Below are positions 9,708 to 21,695 of a DNA stretch of 64,000 nt, in pieces (positions within the stretch are counted from its first letter, which is position 1; the number at the start of each line of letters is the position of its first letter). Origin of the DNA: Nitrospirota bacterium. Lineage in GTDB: Bacteria > Nitrospirota > UBA9217. The notes under the pieces are model-generated. The model was not told the origin of the DNA and made no database searches. It saw only the letters and a program-made list of their open reading frames with translations. Location of the stretch: NCBI GenBank assembly GCA_963740085.1, contig CAVUCU010000001.1:1024001-1088000 (forward strand), read 5' to 3'. Made by a program: the position numbers and the translations under genes.

Positions 9708-11783
9708 ATGAGCAGTAAACCGAAAAAGCTGTCGCTCTTTGAACCCGTGATCGTAAAAAAGGCGTTATGGGATTCGTTCCGAAAATTGAATCCAATACAC
9801 CAGATCAAGAACCCTGTCATGTTTGTCGTGGAAGTGGGCAGTATCTTGACGACGCTTCTGTTTTTCCACGCACTCCTGACGGGAAAAGGAGAGGCGTCCC
9901 CTTCCTTCATTCTGCAGATCTCCCTCTGGCTCTGGATAACAGTGCTCTTCTCCAATTTTGCGGAATCCATGGCAGAGGGCCGCGGCAAGGCCCAGGCTGA
10001 ATCCCTTCGCCAGACACGACGCGAGGTCATGGCCAAGAAACTTGCGACGCCGTCGCCTGATGCGGACGTCACGAAGATCTCCTCGTCACAGCTCAAAAAA
10101 GGCGATGTCGTGCTCGTGGAGGCTGGCGACATCATCCCCATGGATGGAGAAATCATCGAGGGTGTGGCCTCGGTCAATGAAAGCGCCGTGACCGGCGAAA
10201 GCGCGCCGGTTATCCGCGAAAGCGGCGGGGACCGAAGCGCGGTCACCGGAGGGACCACCGTCCTGTCCGACTGGCTCGTGGTGCGCATCACCTCAAGCCC
10301 CGGTGAGACCTTCCTGGACCGGATGATCAATATGGTTGAAGGGGCGAAACGGCAAAAGACGCCGAACGAGATCGCACTCGATATCCTGCTCGCGGGCATG
10401 ACGATAATCTTTTTGCTTGTGTGCGTGATGCTCCTTCCCTATTCCCTCTTCAGCGTCAAGGCTGCGGGCCAGGGCACGCCGGTAACCATCACGGTGCTCG
10501 TAGCGCTGCTCGTATGTCTTATCCCGACCACGATCGGCGGCCTCCTCTCGGCCATTGGAATTGCCGGCATGGACCGGATGATCCAGGCAAATGTGATCGC
10601 AATGTCGGGGAGGGCCGTGGAAGCAGCCGGAGATGTTGATGTGCTGCTTTTGGATAAGACCGGGACGATCACGCTCGGCAACAGGCAGGCAACGGAATTC
10701 ATCCCTGCCCCGGGGGTGCACGTGGGCGCTCTGGCAGACGCGGCACAGCTTGCCTCGCTGGCCGACGAAACGCCCGAGGGGCGAAGCATTGTGGTGCTTG
10801 CAAAAGAAAAGTACAGTCTCCGCGCCAGGGACATGCAAAGCATCAAGGCGGAGTTTGTCCCCTTCTCCGCCCAGACGAGGATGAGCGGTGTGAACCTCGA
10901 CAACCGGGAGATCAGGAAGGGCGCATCCGACTCGGTTGAAAAGTATATACACCATCAAGGCGGGACGTTCCCTCCTGAGGTTCGCTCGATCGTGGACGAC
11001 GTTGCCAAACAGGGCGCAACACCGCTCGTGGTTGTCGAAGGGAGCAAGGTGCTTGGCGTCATTCGCCTAAACGACATCGTGAAGGGCGGGATCAAGGAAC
11101 GATTCGCAGAGATGCGCAGGATGGGCATCAAGACGATCATGATCACCGGTGACAATCCCCTGACCGCCGCCGCGGTCGCAGCAGAGGCAGGGGTCGATGA
11201 TTTTCTCGCTGAGGCGACACCCGAGGCAAAATTGAAACTCATCCGCGAGTACCAGAAAGGCGGAAGGCTCGTTGCCATGACCGGCGATGGGACGAACGAC
11301 GCGCCCGCGCTCGCCCAGGCCGACGTGGCCGTGGCCATGCATACCGGGACCCAGGCCGCCAAGGAGGCGGGTAATCTCGTTGATCTCGATTCGAACCCGA
11401 CCAAGCTCATCCAGATCGTCGAGATCGGCAAACAGCTGCTCATGACCCGCGGCACGCTCACGACCTTCAGCATTGCCAACGACGTGGCGAAGTATTTCGC
11501 TATCCTACCTGCTGCGTTCATTTCGATCTATCCGACGCTCGGGGCACTGAATATCATGGGCCTTGCAACGCCACAGAGCGCCGTCTTGTCTGCCGTCATC
11601 TTTAACGCGCTGGTTATTGTTTTCCTGGTCCCCCTGGCACTTCGCGGCGTCAAATACCGCCCCCTTGGCGCGTCAGTGGTGCTGCGGAATAACGCCCTAA
11701 TCTATGGTGTAGGCGGGCTTATCGTGCCGTTCATCGGAATCAAGCTGATTGATATGCTGATAACGGCGATTCATATTGTTTGA
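9708..11783 (+). CDS. kdpB: K+-transporting P-type ATPase subunit B
   Basis: 'TGES', 'DKTGT', 'GDGTNDAP'; GGAG before ATG9705/9708. Confidence 0.97.
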   Translation: MSSKPKKLSLFEPVIVKKALWDSFRKLNPIHQIKNPVMFVVEVGSILTTLLFFHALLTGKGEASPSFILQISLWLWITVLFSNFAESMAEGRGKAQAESLRQTRREVMAKKLATPSPDADVTKISSSQLKKGDVVLVEAGDIIPMDGEIIEGVASVNESAVTGESAPVIRESGGDRSAVTGGTTVLSDWLVVRITSSPGETFLDRMINMVEGAKRQKTPNEIALDILLAGMTIIFLLVCVMLLPYSLFSVKAAGQGTPVTITVLVALLVCLIPTTIGGLLSAIGIAGMDRMIQANVIAMSGRAVEAAGDVDVLLLDKTGTITLGNRQATEFIPAPGVHVGALADAAQLASLADETPEGRSIVVLAKEKYSLRARDMQSIKAEFVPFSAQTRMSGVNLDNREIRKGASDSVEKYIHHQGGTFPPEVRSIVDDVAKQGATPLVVVEGSKVLGVIRLNDIVKGGIKERFAEMRRMGIKTIMITGDNPLTAAAVAAEAGVDDFLAEATPEAKLKLIREYQKGGRLVAMTGDGTNDAPALAQADVAVAMHTGTQAAKEAGNLVDLDSNPTKLIQIVEIGKQLLMTRGTLTTFSIANDVAKYFAILPAAFISIYPTLGALNIMGLATPQSAVLSAVIFNALVIVFLVPLALRGVKYRPLGASVVLRNNALIYGVGGLIVPFIGIKLIDMLITAIHIV

Positions 11784-11793
11784 TGGGTCCATG

Positions 11794-11877
11794 CCCCTCA
11801 CCTCAGTCCTCTCCCCGACGGGGAGAGGAAGTAAATAAATCTCCTCGCCCCTCAGGAGAGAGGGCCAGGGTGAGGGG
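11794..11877. repeat. REP-like paired palindromic element (CCCTCACC..CCTCTCCC..GGGAGAGG family)
   Basis: Two inverted hairpin units between kdpB and kdpC; close copy at 25826-25909. Confidence 0.85.
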
Positions 11878-11903
11878 TGGTGTCGTACTGAAAGGAGAAA
11901 CAC

Positions 11904-12494
11904 ATGTTCACCATGATTCGCAATTCGCTCATGTCTCTTTTGATATTCACGATCCTCACGGGGATCATCTACCCCCTGGTGGTGACCGGGATCGCCCAAG
12001 TGATATTCCCGCGACAGGCAAACGGCGGCATCATCTCGAAGAACGGCAAAGCCGTCGGGTCCGAGCTGATCGGCCAGCAGTTCGATGGCCCGAAGTACTT
12101 CTGGGGCAGGCTTTCCGCAACAACGCCCTATCCTTACAACGGTGGGTCGTCGTCCGGCTCGAATCTCGGCCCCAACAACCCTGACCTCATGAAGGCTGTG
12201 CAGGCTCGTATAGATGCACTGCGGGGTGCCGATCCCGGCAATGGAGCAAAAATACCCGTCGATCTGGTCACTGCCTCCGGCAGCGGGCTCGATCCGCATA
12301 TCAGCCCGGCTGCCGCCGAATATCAAATACACCGAGTAGCAAAGGCCCGGGGACTTGATGATGCCAAAGTCCGAGACATCATTAAGAATAATACCAAAGG
12401 ACTCTTGCTCGGCGTGATCGGCGAGTCCACGGTCAATGTCCTTATGCTGAATATGGCACTCGATGAACAGACAGTAACAGGAGGGGGGAAATGA
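11904..12494 (+). CDS. kdpC: K+-transporting ATPase subunit C
   Basis: 'GSELIGQ', 'SGSNLGP', 'DLVTASGSGLDPHIS'. Confidence 0.97.
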   Translation: MFTMIRNSLMSLLIFTILTGIIYPLVVTGIAQVIFPRQANGGIISKNGKAVGSELIGQQFDGPKYFWGRLSATTPYPYNGGSSSGSNLGPNNPDLMKAVQARIDALRGADPGNGAKIPVDLVTASGSGLDPHISPAAAEYQIHRVAKARGLDDAKVRDIIKNNTKGLLLGVIGESTVNVLMLNMALDEQTVTGGGK

Positions 12495-12883
12495 AAAAGA
12501 TCGTATGGGTTTTTAGTTTCATGGTTTTGTCGTCAATCATGGGTCTTCCTTTGCACGTTCACGCCGTCTCGTATTCCGTTGTCGAGAAGCAGCGTGACGA
12601 GAAGATCTCCAAGGGGATCATGAAGGTCGGCGATTCGGTATGCCTGTTCCAAAGCGGGACCCCGGATGTAAAAAAAGCGATCGCGATCGGTGACATTCTC
12701 GTCGTCTATCGGGAAGTATCGAAGCACGAACTTAAGAAAGTCGGAAGAATTAAAGTGCTCTCGTTCTCGGGGGAAGATTATTTGAAAGGCGAGGTTTTCG
12801 AAGGCGAAATTAAAGCCGGCGATATCGCAAAAAAGGGGGATGTTGCAAGCCTTATCATATCGGCAGGAGACAAATGCAGGTAG
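12491..12883 (+). CDS. Uncharacterised exported beta-rich protein
   Basis: ATGA overlap with kdpC; GGAGG SD; signal peptide ending VHA; small beta-barrel-like pattern. Confidence 0.7.
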   Translation: MKKIVWVFSFMVLSSIMGLPLHVHAVSYSVVEKQRDEKISKGIMKVGDSVCLFQSGTPDVKKAIAIGDILVVYREVSKHELKKVGRIKVLSFSGEDYLKGEVFEGEIKAGDIAKKGDVASLIISAGDKCR

Positions 12884-13060
12884 TTCGGTTCAATCTCTCC
12901 AATGCGTGGCCGCCCAATAGACATCCCATTCTTAACAGATCGCTCTGCATACTTGATGGCGCTGGTAACCGTGTCGCGGCACGGGGTCATTGGAGAAAAA
13001 CATTTACACGCACTTTCAAACATGCGACAATACCTGCTGCAATCATCCCAGGGAGCATTC

Positions 13061-15743
13061 ATGGAACAACAAAGACCTGATCCCGACCAGCTTCTCCAAC
13101 GGGCCCGCGAAACAGAAGAGCGAAAACGCGAGGGACAGCTGAAGATCTTCTTCGGTGCGGCGCCCGGCGTGGGTAAGACCTATGGCATGCTCGAGGCCGC
13201 TCGCCAGAAGAAACGGGAAGGCGTTGAAATCGTAGTCGGCCTTGTCGAGACCCACGGTCGGAAAGAAACCGAGGCGCTCCTCGAAGGATTGGAAGTCCTC
13301 CCCCGCCGAAACGTCGAATATCGCGGCGCTGTCCTGAAAGAATTCGATCTTGATACAGCCCTGCGCCGTAAACCGGCAATCGTCCTTGTTGACGAGCTCG
13401 CCCATACCAATGCCCCGGGCTCCCGCCACAAAAAACGCTGGCAGGACATCTACGAACTGCTCGGCGCGGGTATTTCCGTCTATACCACCGTCAATGTTCA
13501 GCACCTTGAAAGCCTGAACGATGTTGTCTCCCAGATCACGGGCGTCAATGTACGGGAGACCGTACCCGATTTTCTGCTCGACCGGGCGGATGAGATCGAG
13601 TTGATCGACCTGCCTCCCGACGATCTTCTCCAACGCATGAAGGAAGGTAAAGTATACATGCCGGAGCAGGCGGCCGCGGCCATCGAGAATTTCTTTCGCA
13701 AGGGCAACCTGATCGCGCTCCGCGAACTAGCGCTCCGGCGCACCGCCGACCGCGTGGACGAGCAGATGCAGGTCTACCGACAGGACAAAGGGATCAAAGA
13801 TATCTGGCCCGCCGGGGAACGGATCCTGGTCTGCGTAGGCCATAATCCCCGCTCGATCCGCCTGATCCATGCGGCGCGCAGGCTGGCAGCCGGTCTGCGG
13901 GCAGAGTGGATCGCCGTGCACGTGGAAGCACCGTCACGGGTCCGGACCTCGGAAAGTGACATAAAACAGCTGGGCGACCACATGCGGCTCGCGGAAAGTC
14001 TCGGCGCGGAAACCGCGGTATTGAGCGGCCAGCGGATGAGCGAAGAAGTCATAACCTACGCGCGCAGCAGGAACGTGAGCCGTATTATCATCGGCAAACC
14101 GACCCATGCCCGCTGGAAGGACAAATTATTCGGTTCCCCCCTGGACGAGATCGTGCGCGGCAGCGGCGATATCGATGTCTACGTCATATCGGGTGATGTT
14201 GCCGAATCCCATTTCCATCTTGCCGCACCATCGCTTCCCCGTTCATGGCGCAAGCGGGAGTTCGCATGGAGCATCCTTACCGTGGCCGGCTGCACCGGCA
14301 TTGCCCGGATCATGTTCCCCTATTTCGAACGGCTGGATGTGGCCATGATCTATCTGCTCGGGGTCGTGCTCATATCGAGCAGGACCAGCAAGTGGCCGGC
14401 CCTGTTCACCACGGTCATGAGCGTGGCGGCCTTTGATTTTTTCTTTATTCCCCCTTTTTATACTTTCGCGGTCAGCGACGTTCGCTACTTCATCACGTTC
14501 ATCGTAATGTTTCTGGTCTCCTTTGTCATCAGCAGGCTCACGCTCCGGGTGCGGCAGCAGGCTGAAGCGGCAAGGCTGCGCGAGCGCAGGACGGCGGCCC
14601 TGTACAGCATGAGCCGCGAGCTCGTCCGCGAGCGCGGCACCAAACGACTCAGCGAGATCGCGATACGGCATATGAGCGAGGTGTTCGACAGCGGGGTCGC
14701 GATCCTGATCCCGGAGGAAGACGGCCGTCTGGTGCAGACGGGGACCGGCGATGCGGTCTTCACGCCTGATCAGCAGGAACTGAGCGTTGCCCAGTGGGTT
14801 CTCGAGCACCGGCAGGCGGCAGGCTTAAGCACGGACACGCTGCCCGGGGCAAAGGCATTATATCTTCCGCTCATTGGTTCATCGGGAGCCATCGGTGTCG
14901 CCGGTATTCTGCCGAAGAACGCGGGAGACGGTTTTGAACCTGAACAGTTCCATTATCTTGAGGCCTTCGCGAACCAGACGGCCATCGCGATCGAGCGGTC
15001 CTTCCTGGGCGAGGCGGCCCAGCGCGCCATGTTGAAAGCCGAGACGGAAAGCCTCAGGAACACGCTCCTCAGTTCCATCTCACACGATCTGCGTACGCCG
15101 CTGTCGGCGATCACGGGTGCGGTGACGACACTCCTGGAGAATGACACGGCCATCGACATGGTCGGCCGCCTCGATCTTCTCCAAACGGTCCGTGAAGAGG
15201 CCGATCATCTGAACAGGATCATAAAAAACGTACTCGACATGACGAGGCTCGAATCAGGTGCGATCACCCTCAACAAAGAATGGCAGCCCCTGGAGGAGGT
15301 CGTAGGCGCCGTGATCAACCGCCTGGGCGACCGCCTCAATGGTCACCCCCTGACCGTTAAGCTGCCGGGGAACCTCCCGCTCGTCCCCTTCGACAGCCTT
15401 CTCATGGAACAGGTATTGGTGAATCTTTTCGACAACGCCATCAAGTACACCCCGGACGGGTACGCCTCTTGAGCTCTCGGCTTCGGAATCGTTTTACACC
15501 GTTACCGTCGAGCTGGCAGATCGCGGTCCCGGCATACCTCCGGGAGAGGAGGAGCGCATCTTCGAAAAGTTCGTACGCGTCGGCGCCACGGGAGGCGGCG
15601 TTGGACTCGGCCTCGCGATCTGCCGCACCATTATCGAAGCCCATGGCGGTAAAATATGGGTGGAGAATCGCGAGGGCGGCGGCGCGGTCTTCCGATTCAC
15701 CCTCTCCACAGCGGGACTCCCTCCGGCGACGAAGAAGGAATAA
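13061..15743 (+). CDS. kdpD: Sensor histidine kinase KdpD, with +1 frameshift near 15458-15461
   Basis: 'GAAPGVGKT', 'DELAHTN', USP, TM, GAF, 'SHDLRTP'; after 'NAIKYTPDG' the HATPase continues in another frame (TPLELSA..DRGPGI..GLGLAICR..HGG) to TAA15743. Confidence 0.93.
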
Positions 15744-15854
15744 GAACAAGAGTGAATGAGTATATGCGAAAAGGCCCTGATACATTTATGCGACTTGGCT
15801 TATCTGCATATTCGCTTCCCCTCCTCTGCGCATGTTGGCCACTGAGATCTAAAC

Positions 15855-16562
15855 ATGACTGAAGACAAAGAACTTATATTGCTGATCGAGGATGAACCTC
15901 AGATGCGGCGTTTTCTCCGGATAACGCTCCAGAGCCATGGGTATCGTCTGATCGAGGCGGCCACCGCTCACGAAGGCATGATGCAGGCGACCGCACGAAA
16001 TCCCGATGTGGTGCTCCTCGATCTTGGCCTGCCCGATCTCGACGGTCTGGAAGTAACGAAGCGATTGCGCGAATGGACCGAAACACCGATCATCGTCATA
16101 TCCGCGCGGGAACAGGAGCAAGACAAGGTCAAGGCACTGGATGCGGGCGCTGACGATTATCTCACGAAACCGTTCAATGCCGGTGAATTGCTTGCGAGGA
16201 TCCGCGTCGCATTACGACATGCGGCAAGACAGATCACTGATCAGAACGAACCGATCTTTACCCTTCGGAACCTGCGGGTAGATCTGGCGCTTCGGCAGGT
16301 ATTCCTTGACGATAAGGAAGTGCACCTTACGCCCATTGAGTACAAACTGCTGATGGTGCTGGTCCGGCACGCAGGCAAGGTCATTACCCACACTCAGCTT
16401 CTGAAAGAAGTCTGGGGACCAGCACACGTGGAAGAGGTGCAGTACCTGCGAGTATATATGACGCAACTCAGGCATAAACTCGAAGCGGACCCCACGCGGC
16501 CGCGGTTTCTTATGAACGAGCCGGGAATCGGGTATCGCTTGAAATACGACGCCGAAGAATGA
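15855..16562 (+). CDS. kdpE: Response regulator KdpE
   Basis: REC + winged helix; 'DLGLPDLDG', 'YLRVYMTQLRHKLE.DP'. Confidence 0.95.
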   Translation: MTEDKELILLIEDEPQMRRFLRITLQSHGYRLIEAATAHEGMMQATARNPDVVLLDLGLPDLDGLEVTKRLREWTETPIIVISAREQEQDKVKALDAGADDYLTKPFNAGELLARIRVALRHAARQITDQNEPIFTLRNLRVDLALRQVFLDDKEVHLTPIEYKLLMVLVRHAGKVITHTQLLKEVWGPAHVEEVQYLRVYMTQLRHKLEADPTRPRFLMNEPGIGYRLKYDAEE

Positions 16563-16662
16563 GGCGAAATCTGCCCGCAAATTGTCTATTTTGCAGCCAC
16601 CTGATGAAATAAGCGTCATGAGTGTTATGATTACATCCGCACCAGAAAAGAACTAACTTTAG

Positions 16663-16716
16663 AATCAATCGGTTATCAAAAGCTCCGAATCGCCTCCAAA
16701 GGGCATATACTTTGCT
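16663..16716 (+). promoter_or_regulatory. IHF site plus sigma54 (-24/-12) promoter upstream of APC transporter
   Basis: AATCAAtcggTTA (16663-16675) matches WATCAANNNNTTR; GGCATATACTTTGC (16702-16715) is GG-N10-GC. Confidence 0.6.
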
Positions 16717-16796
16717 TGTACAGAAGGTTTGACGTATCATGCTGTTTGCGTTCCCTATTGATTTAATACGCGATGGACTGAGGAGAGAGTTACTGC

Positions 16797-18792
16797 ATGG
16801 ATCGGAAGCCAACGATAGTTCAACGATTGAAGACCCTCATCATCGGCGGCAAGCATAACATCGAGGACTCATCGATCTTCCACAAGCTTTCGCTCATCGC
16901 TTTCTTCGCCTGGGTGGGCCTGGGCGCCGACGGACTTTCCTCGTCCTGTTACGGACCGGAGGAGGCTTTCATTGCATTCCATGGCCACGTGTACCTGAGC
17001 GTCTTCGTTGCGCTCATGTCTGGGCTTACGGTGTTCATTATCGCTGCGAGCTACTCGCAGATCATCGAGCTCTTCCCGTCTGGCGGTGGAGGTTATCTCG
17101 TCGCGAGCAAACTGCTGTCGCCAACGGCCGGGATGGTCTCGGGCTCGGCGCTCCTGATCGACTATGTGCTGACGATCACTATTTCCGTGGCGAGCGGGGC
17201 CGATGCCCTTTTCAGCTTTCTGCCAGCGGCCTGGATCCCATACAAGATTATATTCGCCTTCCTCGGCGTGCTGCTCCTGACCGTTATGAACATGCGCGGA
17301 GTCAAAGAATCGGTCCTTCCCCTGGTGCCCATCTTCCTTACCTTCGTAGTAACTCACGCGTTCATCATCGGCTACGCGGTGATCATGAATCTGGGAAACC
17401 TGGGTGCTGTCGCGGCTTCGACCAGGTCGGACATCATACAAACACAGGCGGAACTGGGATTCGGCGGCATGCTCCTCCTCGTTCTGCGCGCCTACAGCAT
17501 GGGCGCCGGCACGTATACGGGGATCGAAGCGGTCAGCAACGGTCTGCCCATCCTTCGCGAGCCGAAGGTGAAGACGGGCAAGCGTACCATGCGCTACATG
17601 GCGGCCTCCCTCGCCTTCACGGTCATGGGTCTCATGATCGCCTATCTTCTGTATCGTGTCGTACCGCAGTCCGGCAAAACACTGAATGCGGTGCTGTTCG
17701 AAACCATGACAAAGGACTGGGGAAAGGGCGGGGTCGCCTTCGTGCTGATAACGCTCCTGTCCGAGGCTGCGCTCCTGCTCATCGCTGCCCAGGCCGGCTT
17801 CCTCGACGGGCCGAGGGTGCTTTCGAACATGGCCCTGGACCGCTGGTTCCCGACCAAGTTCGCCATGTTGAGCGACCGGCTTGTCACGCAGAAGGGCATC
17901 CTGATGATGGGCGGAGCCGCGCTGATCACCATGGTCCTGACCAATGGCTCAGTGAAATATCTCGTGGTCCTCTACAGTATCAATGTGTTCATCACTTTCT
18001 TCCTTTCCCAGTACGGCATGGTGCGTCACTGGTGGCAGGTCCGCGGCAAGGAGGACCATTGGGAAAAGAAGCTCTTCATCAACGGCCTGGGTATGACGTT
18101 GACGTTTGGCATCCTCATAACGGTGACCATACTCAAGTTTCACGACGGGGGATGGATCACGCTGATCCTCACCGGCTCATTGGTCACGATCGCACTGCTC
18201 ACGAAACGGCATTACCGGAACACCCACAAACTGCTGAACCGGCTCGACGAGCTGGTTACCGTGGCGGAGTCATCATGTCCCGCATTTCCCGGTGAACAGG
18301 GAACTGACAGGGAACTTGAGGTGAAATACGATCCCCAGGACAAGACCGCGGTCCTGCTCGTGAACGGGTTCAATGGCCTCGGCCTGCACACGCTGTTCAG
18401 CGTCATCCGTCTCTTTGGCAGCACCTTCAGGAACTTCATATTTATTCAGGTCGGCACCGTAGATGCGGGTAATTTCAAGGGCTCCCAAGAGGTATCGTCC
18501 ATGAAAACTGAGGTACGGAAGAATTTGGACCGCTATGTCCATTATATGCGATGCCACGGTTATTATGCGGCCTCGTACGCATCATTCGGCACCGACGTGG
18601 TGGACGAGGTCGACCGCATCATGCCGGAAATCCTGGTGCGATTCCCGAACGCGGTTCTATTCGGAGGGCAGCTGGTATTTCCCGAGGACAGCGTTGCTCT
18701 CCAACGTGTTCCATAATTATACGATCTTTGCCGTACAACGCAGATTTTACAACCAGGGCATTCCTGTAGTGATCCTCCCCATCCGTGTCTAG
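16797..18792 (+). CDS. APC-superfamily KimA-like K+ transporter, with +1 frameshift near 18693
   Basis: 'DGLSSSCYGPEE', 'GGGGY', 'TGIEAVSNG'; C-terminus 'LHN'-like 'FHNYT..AVQRR..G..VVILP.R' lies in another frame ending at TAG18792. Confidence 0.85.
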
Positions 18793-18897
18793 CGAACAGC
18801 AGCAGAGACAGATAAGGCGGCGCGAACTTCTCGCTGATTGCTCTTTCGCGCCTTTTTCTCATTGACCCTCCCCTGTTGGTTAGGTTACAATTTGAGC

Positions 18898-19646
18898 ATG
18901 CGGTTTCATATCAGACTTTATCACCGACTTGAAGAAGAAAGAATGCGGATAAAACCGTTCCTTTTTTGGATACTTGTTTTCCTCCTATCCACGGGCTATC
19001 ATGCGAAGGTTCTTGCGGAAATCAAATGATGGCCTCATCATCGAGCACGGCCGCAGGGACTCCCGTGAGATCGCCATTACCTTCGATGCCTGCCCCACGA
19101 CCCTGCCGGATGAGTATGACGAAAAGGTCATCGAGGTCCTGCTCCGCGAAAAAACACCGGCCACGCTTTTTCTGAGCGGTCGATGGGTGGAGAAAAACCT
19201 GGAAACGGTAAAGTTCCTCGCTGCCCAGCCCCAATTCGAGATCGCGAACCATACCTTCTGGCATCCCCATCTGCTCGAAAAGGATGATGAACGGATTTTG
19301 AGTGAACTGAAGCGGACTCAGGCGATCATCAAAAAAACAACCGGGCGGACACCGCGCTATTTTCGCCCTCCCTACGGTGAGGTTGACGAGCGGGTGGCCG
19401 CTATCGCGCGGAAAGCCGGACTGGTGACCATACAGTATGATATTGCTTCCGGTGATCCGGATCCCGGACTTTCCGCCCGGGAGGATCGTGCGCGGAATAG
19501 TGCGGGACGCTAAAGGCGGGAGCATTATCGTGTTCCATATGAACAGGAAAGGCGTTCACACCGCGGAGATCCTGCCGGAAATCATCGACGGTTTGCGGGA
19601 AAAGGGGTTTACCCTGGTGACCGTGGGGGAACTGCTAAAGAAGTGA
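18898..19646 (+). CDS. Exported polysaccharide deacetylase (CE4/NodB), broken by two +1 frameshifts (~19020, ~19477)
   Basis: Signal peptide in frame 1; 'IAITFDA', 'NHT..HP', 'FRPPYG' in frame 2; 'GSIIVFH..L..KGF..VTV.ELL' in frame 3. Confidence 0.85.
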
Positions 19647-19941
19647 TCCGGAATCGAATTTAGCTCCAGATACATAAAATGCCTCCGCCCCGACAATTCA
19701 GAGCTGGTACCGGGGAACCGCGATGGCCTATGAAAGAAAAGCGGCCACTTAGGAAATCCGCAATGGTCGCGAAGGAAGTCTGACTGCTTGTTTGGCTTTT
19801 AAACCAGGAAGTTATGTTCCCTTCTTTGCGCCCTTTGCGTCTTGGCGGTAAACGTTATTGTTTCTTGGTTGCTTATAGATAGTTTTGATCCCTTTCCAAA
19901 AAGCCCTCGCATTTCCTTTTCTTTCGGTTATAATATCCCCC

Positions 19942-20946
19942 ATGCAGATCCGAGAGATGCTCAAGATCAACCCACTTGTGCTCGCGCCCATGGCCGGCAT
20001 TTCCGACTTTCCCTTCCGCAGGATCTGCAAGGAGCTCGGCGCGGGGCTCGTATTCTCAGAGATGGTGAGCGTCGAGGCGTTGATCCGGGAGCACAAGCGT
20101 ACCCACGGCATGCTTCGCACGGACCCGGCCGAGCGCCCCGTCGTATTCCAGATCTTCGGGTCAAAACCCGCGTCCATGGCAGAGGCGGCGCACATCGTAT
20201 CGCAGGGTGAAGTGGACTTTATCGATATCAACATGGGTTGCCCGGTGCCGAAGATCCTGAAGTCTGGCGCCGGCGCAGCGCTCCTGCGCGATCTCGGACT
20301 TGCCAAGGAGATCATGGCGGCTGTCGTGGGGGCGTCAAAAGTTCCGGTCCTGGTCAAGATGCGGCTCGGATGGGATGCAAAGAGCATCGTGGCCGTGGAC
20401 GTGGCGCAGGCTGCCGAAACTGCGGGCATCGCCGCCGTAACCGTGCACGCGAGGACCAAAGTACAGGGCTTTTCGGGCCATGCGGACTGGGGAATGATCA
20501 AGGTCGTAAAGAAGTCCGTCGGCATACCGGTGATCGGGAACGGTGATGTGCGCTCCGGGCAGGACGCAAAGAGGATGATGGACGAAACAGGATGCAATGG
20601 CGTCATGATCGCACGGGCGATCCAGGGATATCCATGGATCTTCCGCGAAACACGGCAGTATCTCGAGACCGGCCTCGCGTCTGCCCACCCTTCCCAGGAA
20701 GAACGTCAAGCAATCATGCTCCGCCATCTGAATGATATGGTAAAACTGCTCGGCGAAAATGTAGGCGTGCGCGAGATGCGCAAGCATCTCTGCTGGTACA
20801 CGAAAGGCCTGCATGGCGCAGCGGAGTTCAGAACGACGATCAACCATCTGGCGACAGCCCGGGAGGTGCGGCAGGAGATCGAGGAATACTTCGAAAGCCT
20901 GCGGGGGGGATGTGTCGCGACACTTCGCCAGGCATCTTGTTCGTAA
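19942..20946 (+). CDS. dusB: tRNA-dihydrouridine synthase DusB
   Basis: 'LAPMAG', 'DINMGCP', 'TVHART', 'GNGDV'; TATAAT 7 nt before ATG19942. Confidence 0.93.
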   Translation: MQIREMLKINPLVLAPMAGISDFPFRRICKELGAGLVFSEMVSVEALIREHKRTHGMLRTDPAERPVVFQIFGSKPASMAEAAHIVSQGEVDFIDINMGCPVPKILKSGAGAALLRDLGLAKEIMAAVVGASKVPVLVKMRLGWDAKSIVAVDVAQAAETAGIAAVTVHARTKVQGFSGHADWGMIKVVKKSVGIPVIGNGDVRSGQDAKRMMDETGCNGVMIARAIQGYPWIFRETRQYLETGLASAHPSQEERQAIMLRHLNDMVKLLGENVGVREMRKHLCWYTKGLHGAAEFRTTINHLATAREVRQEIEEYFESLRGGCVATLRQASCS

Positions 20947-20987
20947 AAACAGCTTCGTTACGTCAAAGACGATCGAGGGGTGCACAC

Positions 20988-21374
20988 GTGTCAGTAAAGG
21001 ACTCGCAACCAGAGAACGATCAACAGGAGCGGATCATCGCAGAGGCGCGGCATAGTCGCGAACTCCGGGAAAAGACCTACCGGGACCAGGCGCTCAAGCT
21101 GTACCCTTCGATCTGCGCCCGTTGCGGACGAGAATTCGCGGGGAAAAAACTTCGCGAGCTCACGGTCCATCACAAGGACCATATCCACGACAACAATCCG
21201 CCAGACGGCAGCAACTGGGAGCTGCTCTGTCTTTACTGCCACGACATTGAGCATCAGGAGTATCTGGATGAAGAATCGTTCGGCAGGGCGAAACCGGCCG
21301 GAGATAAAGATATCACCACGACGTACAAACCCTTCGCTGCGCTCGAAGCGTTGCTGAAGGGCAAAAAGAAGTAA
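20988..21374 (+). CDS. YajD-family HNH nuclease
   Basis: 'YR.QALKL.P.ICARCGREF', 'LTVHH.DH.HDNNP.DGSNWELLCLYCHD.EH'. Confidence 0.9.
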   Translation: MSVKDSQPENDQQERIIAEARHSRELREKTYRDQALKLYPSICARCGREFAGKKLRELTVHHKDHIHDNNPPDGSNWELLCLYCHDIEHQEYLDEESFGRAKPAGDKDITTTYKPFAALEALLKGKKK

Positions 21375-21397
21375 AACCCGGGATCTTTCACCTGCCC

Positions 21398-21690
21398 GAT
21401 TTGGATTCAGGGGGTAAGGCGAAGTGGTCCCGGCACTTCCGGAGCCTTTTTAAAAAACCTTTTTCCGGGATTCATCATTTTTTTCGATGCGAGGCCTTAC
21501 ACACCGCATCGGCCTGCAAGACCCTTCAACTCCTCGGGCGTAAGTAAGTCATCCCGGGGCCCGAGAATAGATCTCCTCGAACTACTTCTTCCCGTCATCC
21601 TGCGCAATGGCGGCCGCCGGAGACGACCGTTATGCCGGAGAGCGTCGAGAGTGACGCGGCCAGCGTGATCTCTCCGCAGGATCGATGCAT
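21398..21690 (-). pseudogene. Decayed gene for a small exported helical Cys-containing protein
   Basis: Stitched frames read AIAQDDGKK*FEEIYSR / LTPEELKGL / RPRIEKNDESRKKVF / KRLRKCRDHFAL, with stops and several frameshifts. Confidence 0.5.
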
Positions 21691-21695
21691 CTATT

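Noticed and set aside
15470-15472. TGA ending the kdpD ORF as a Sec/readthrough codon
   Set aside because: Homology continues in a different frame, so it is a frameshift; no Cys-equivalent position
19027-19029. TGA in the deacetylase N-terminus as Sec
   Set aside because: Catalytic domain is in another frame; explained by one extra A
19650-19810. Possible ncRNA between deacetylase and dusB
   Set aside because: No recognisable tRNA, SRP, 6S or riboswitch consensus by eye
20988-21374. HNH nuclease as a defence or mobile element
   Set aside because: Matches the conserved stand-alone YajD family; no defence partners nearby
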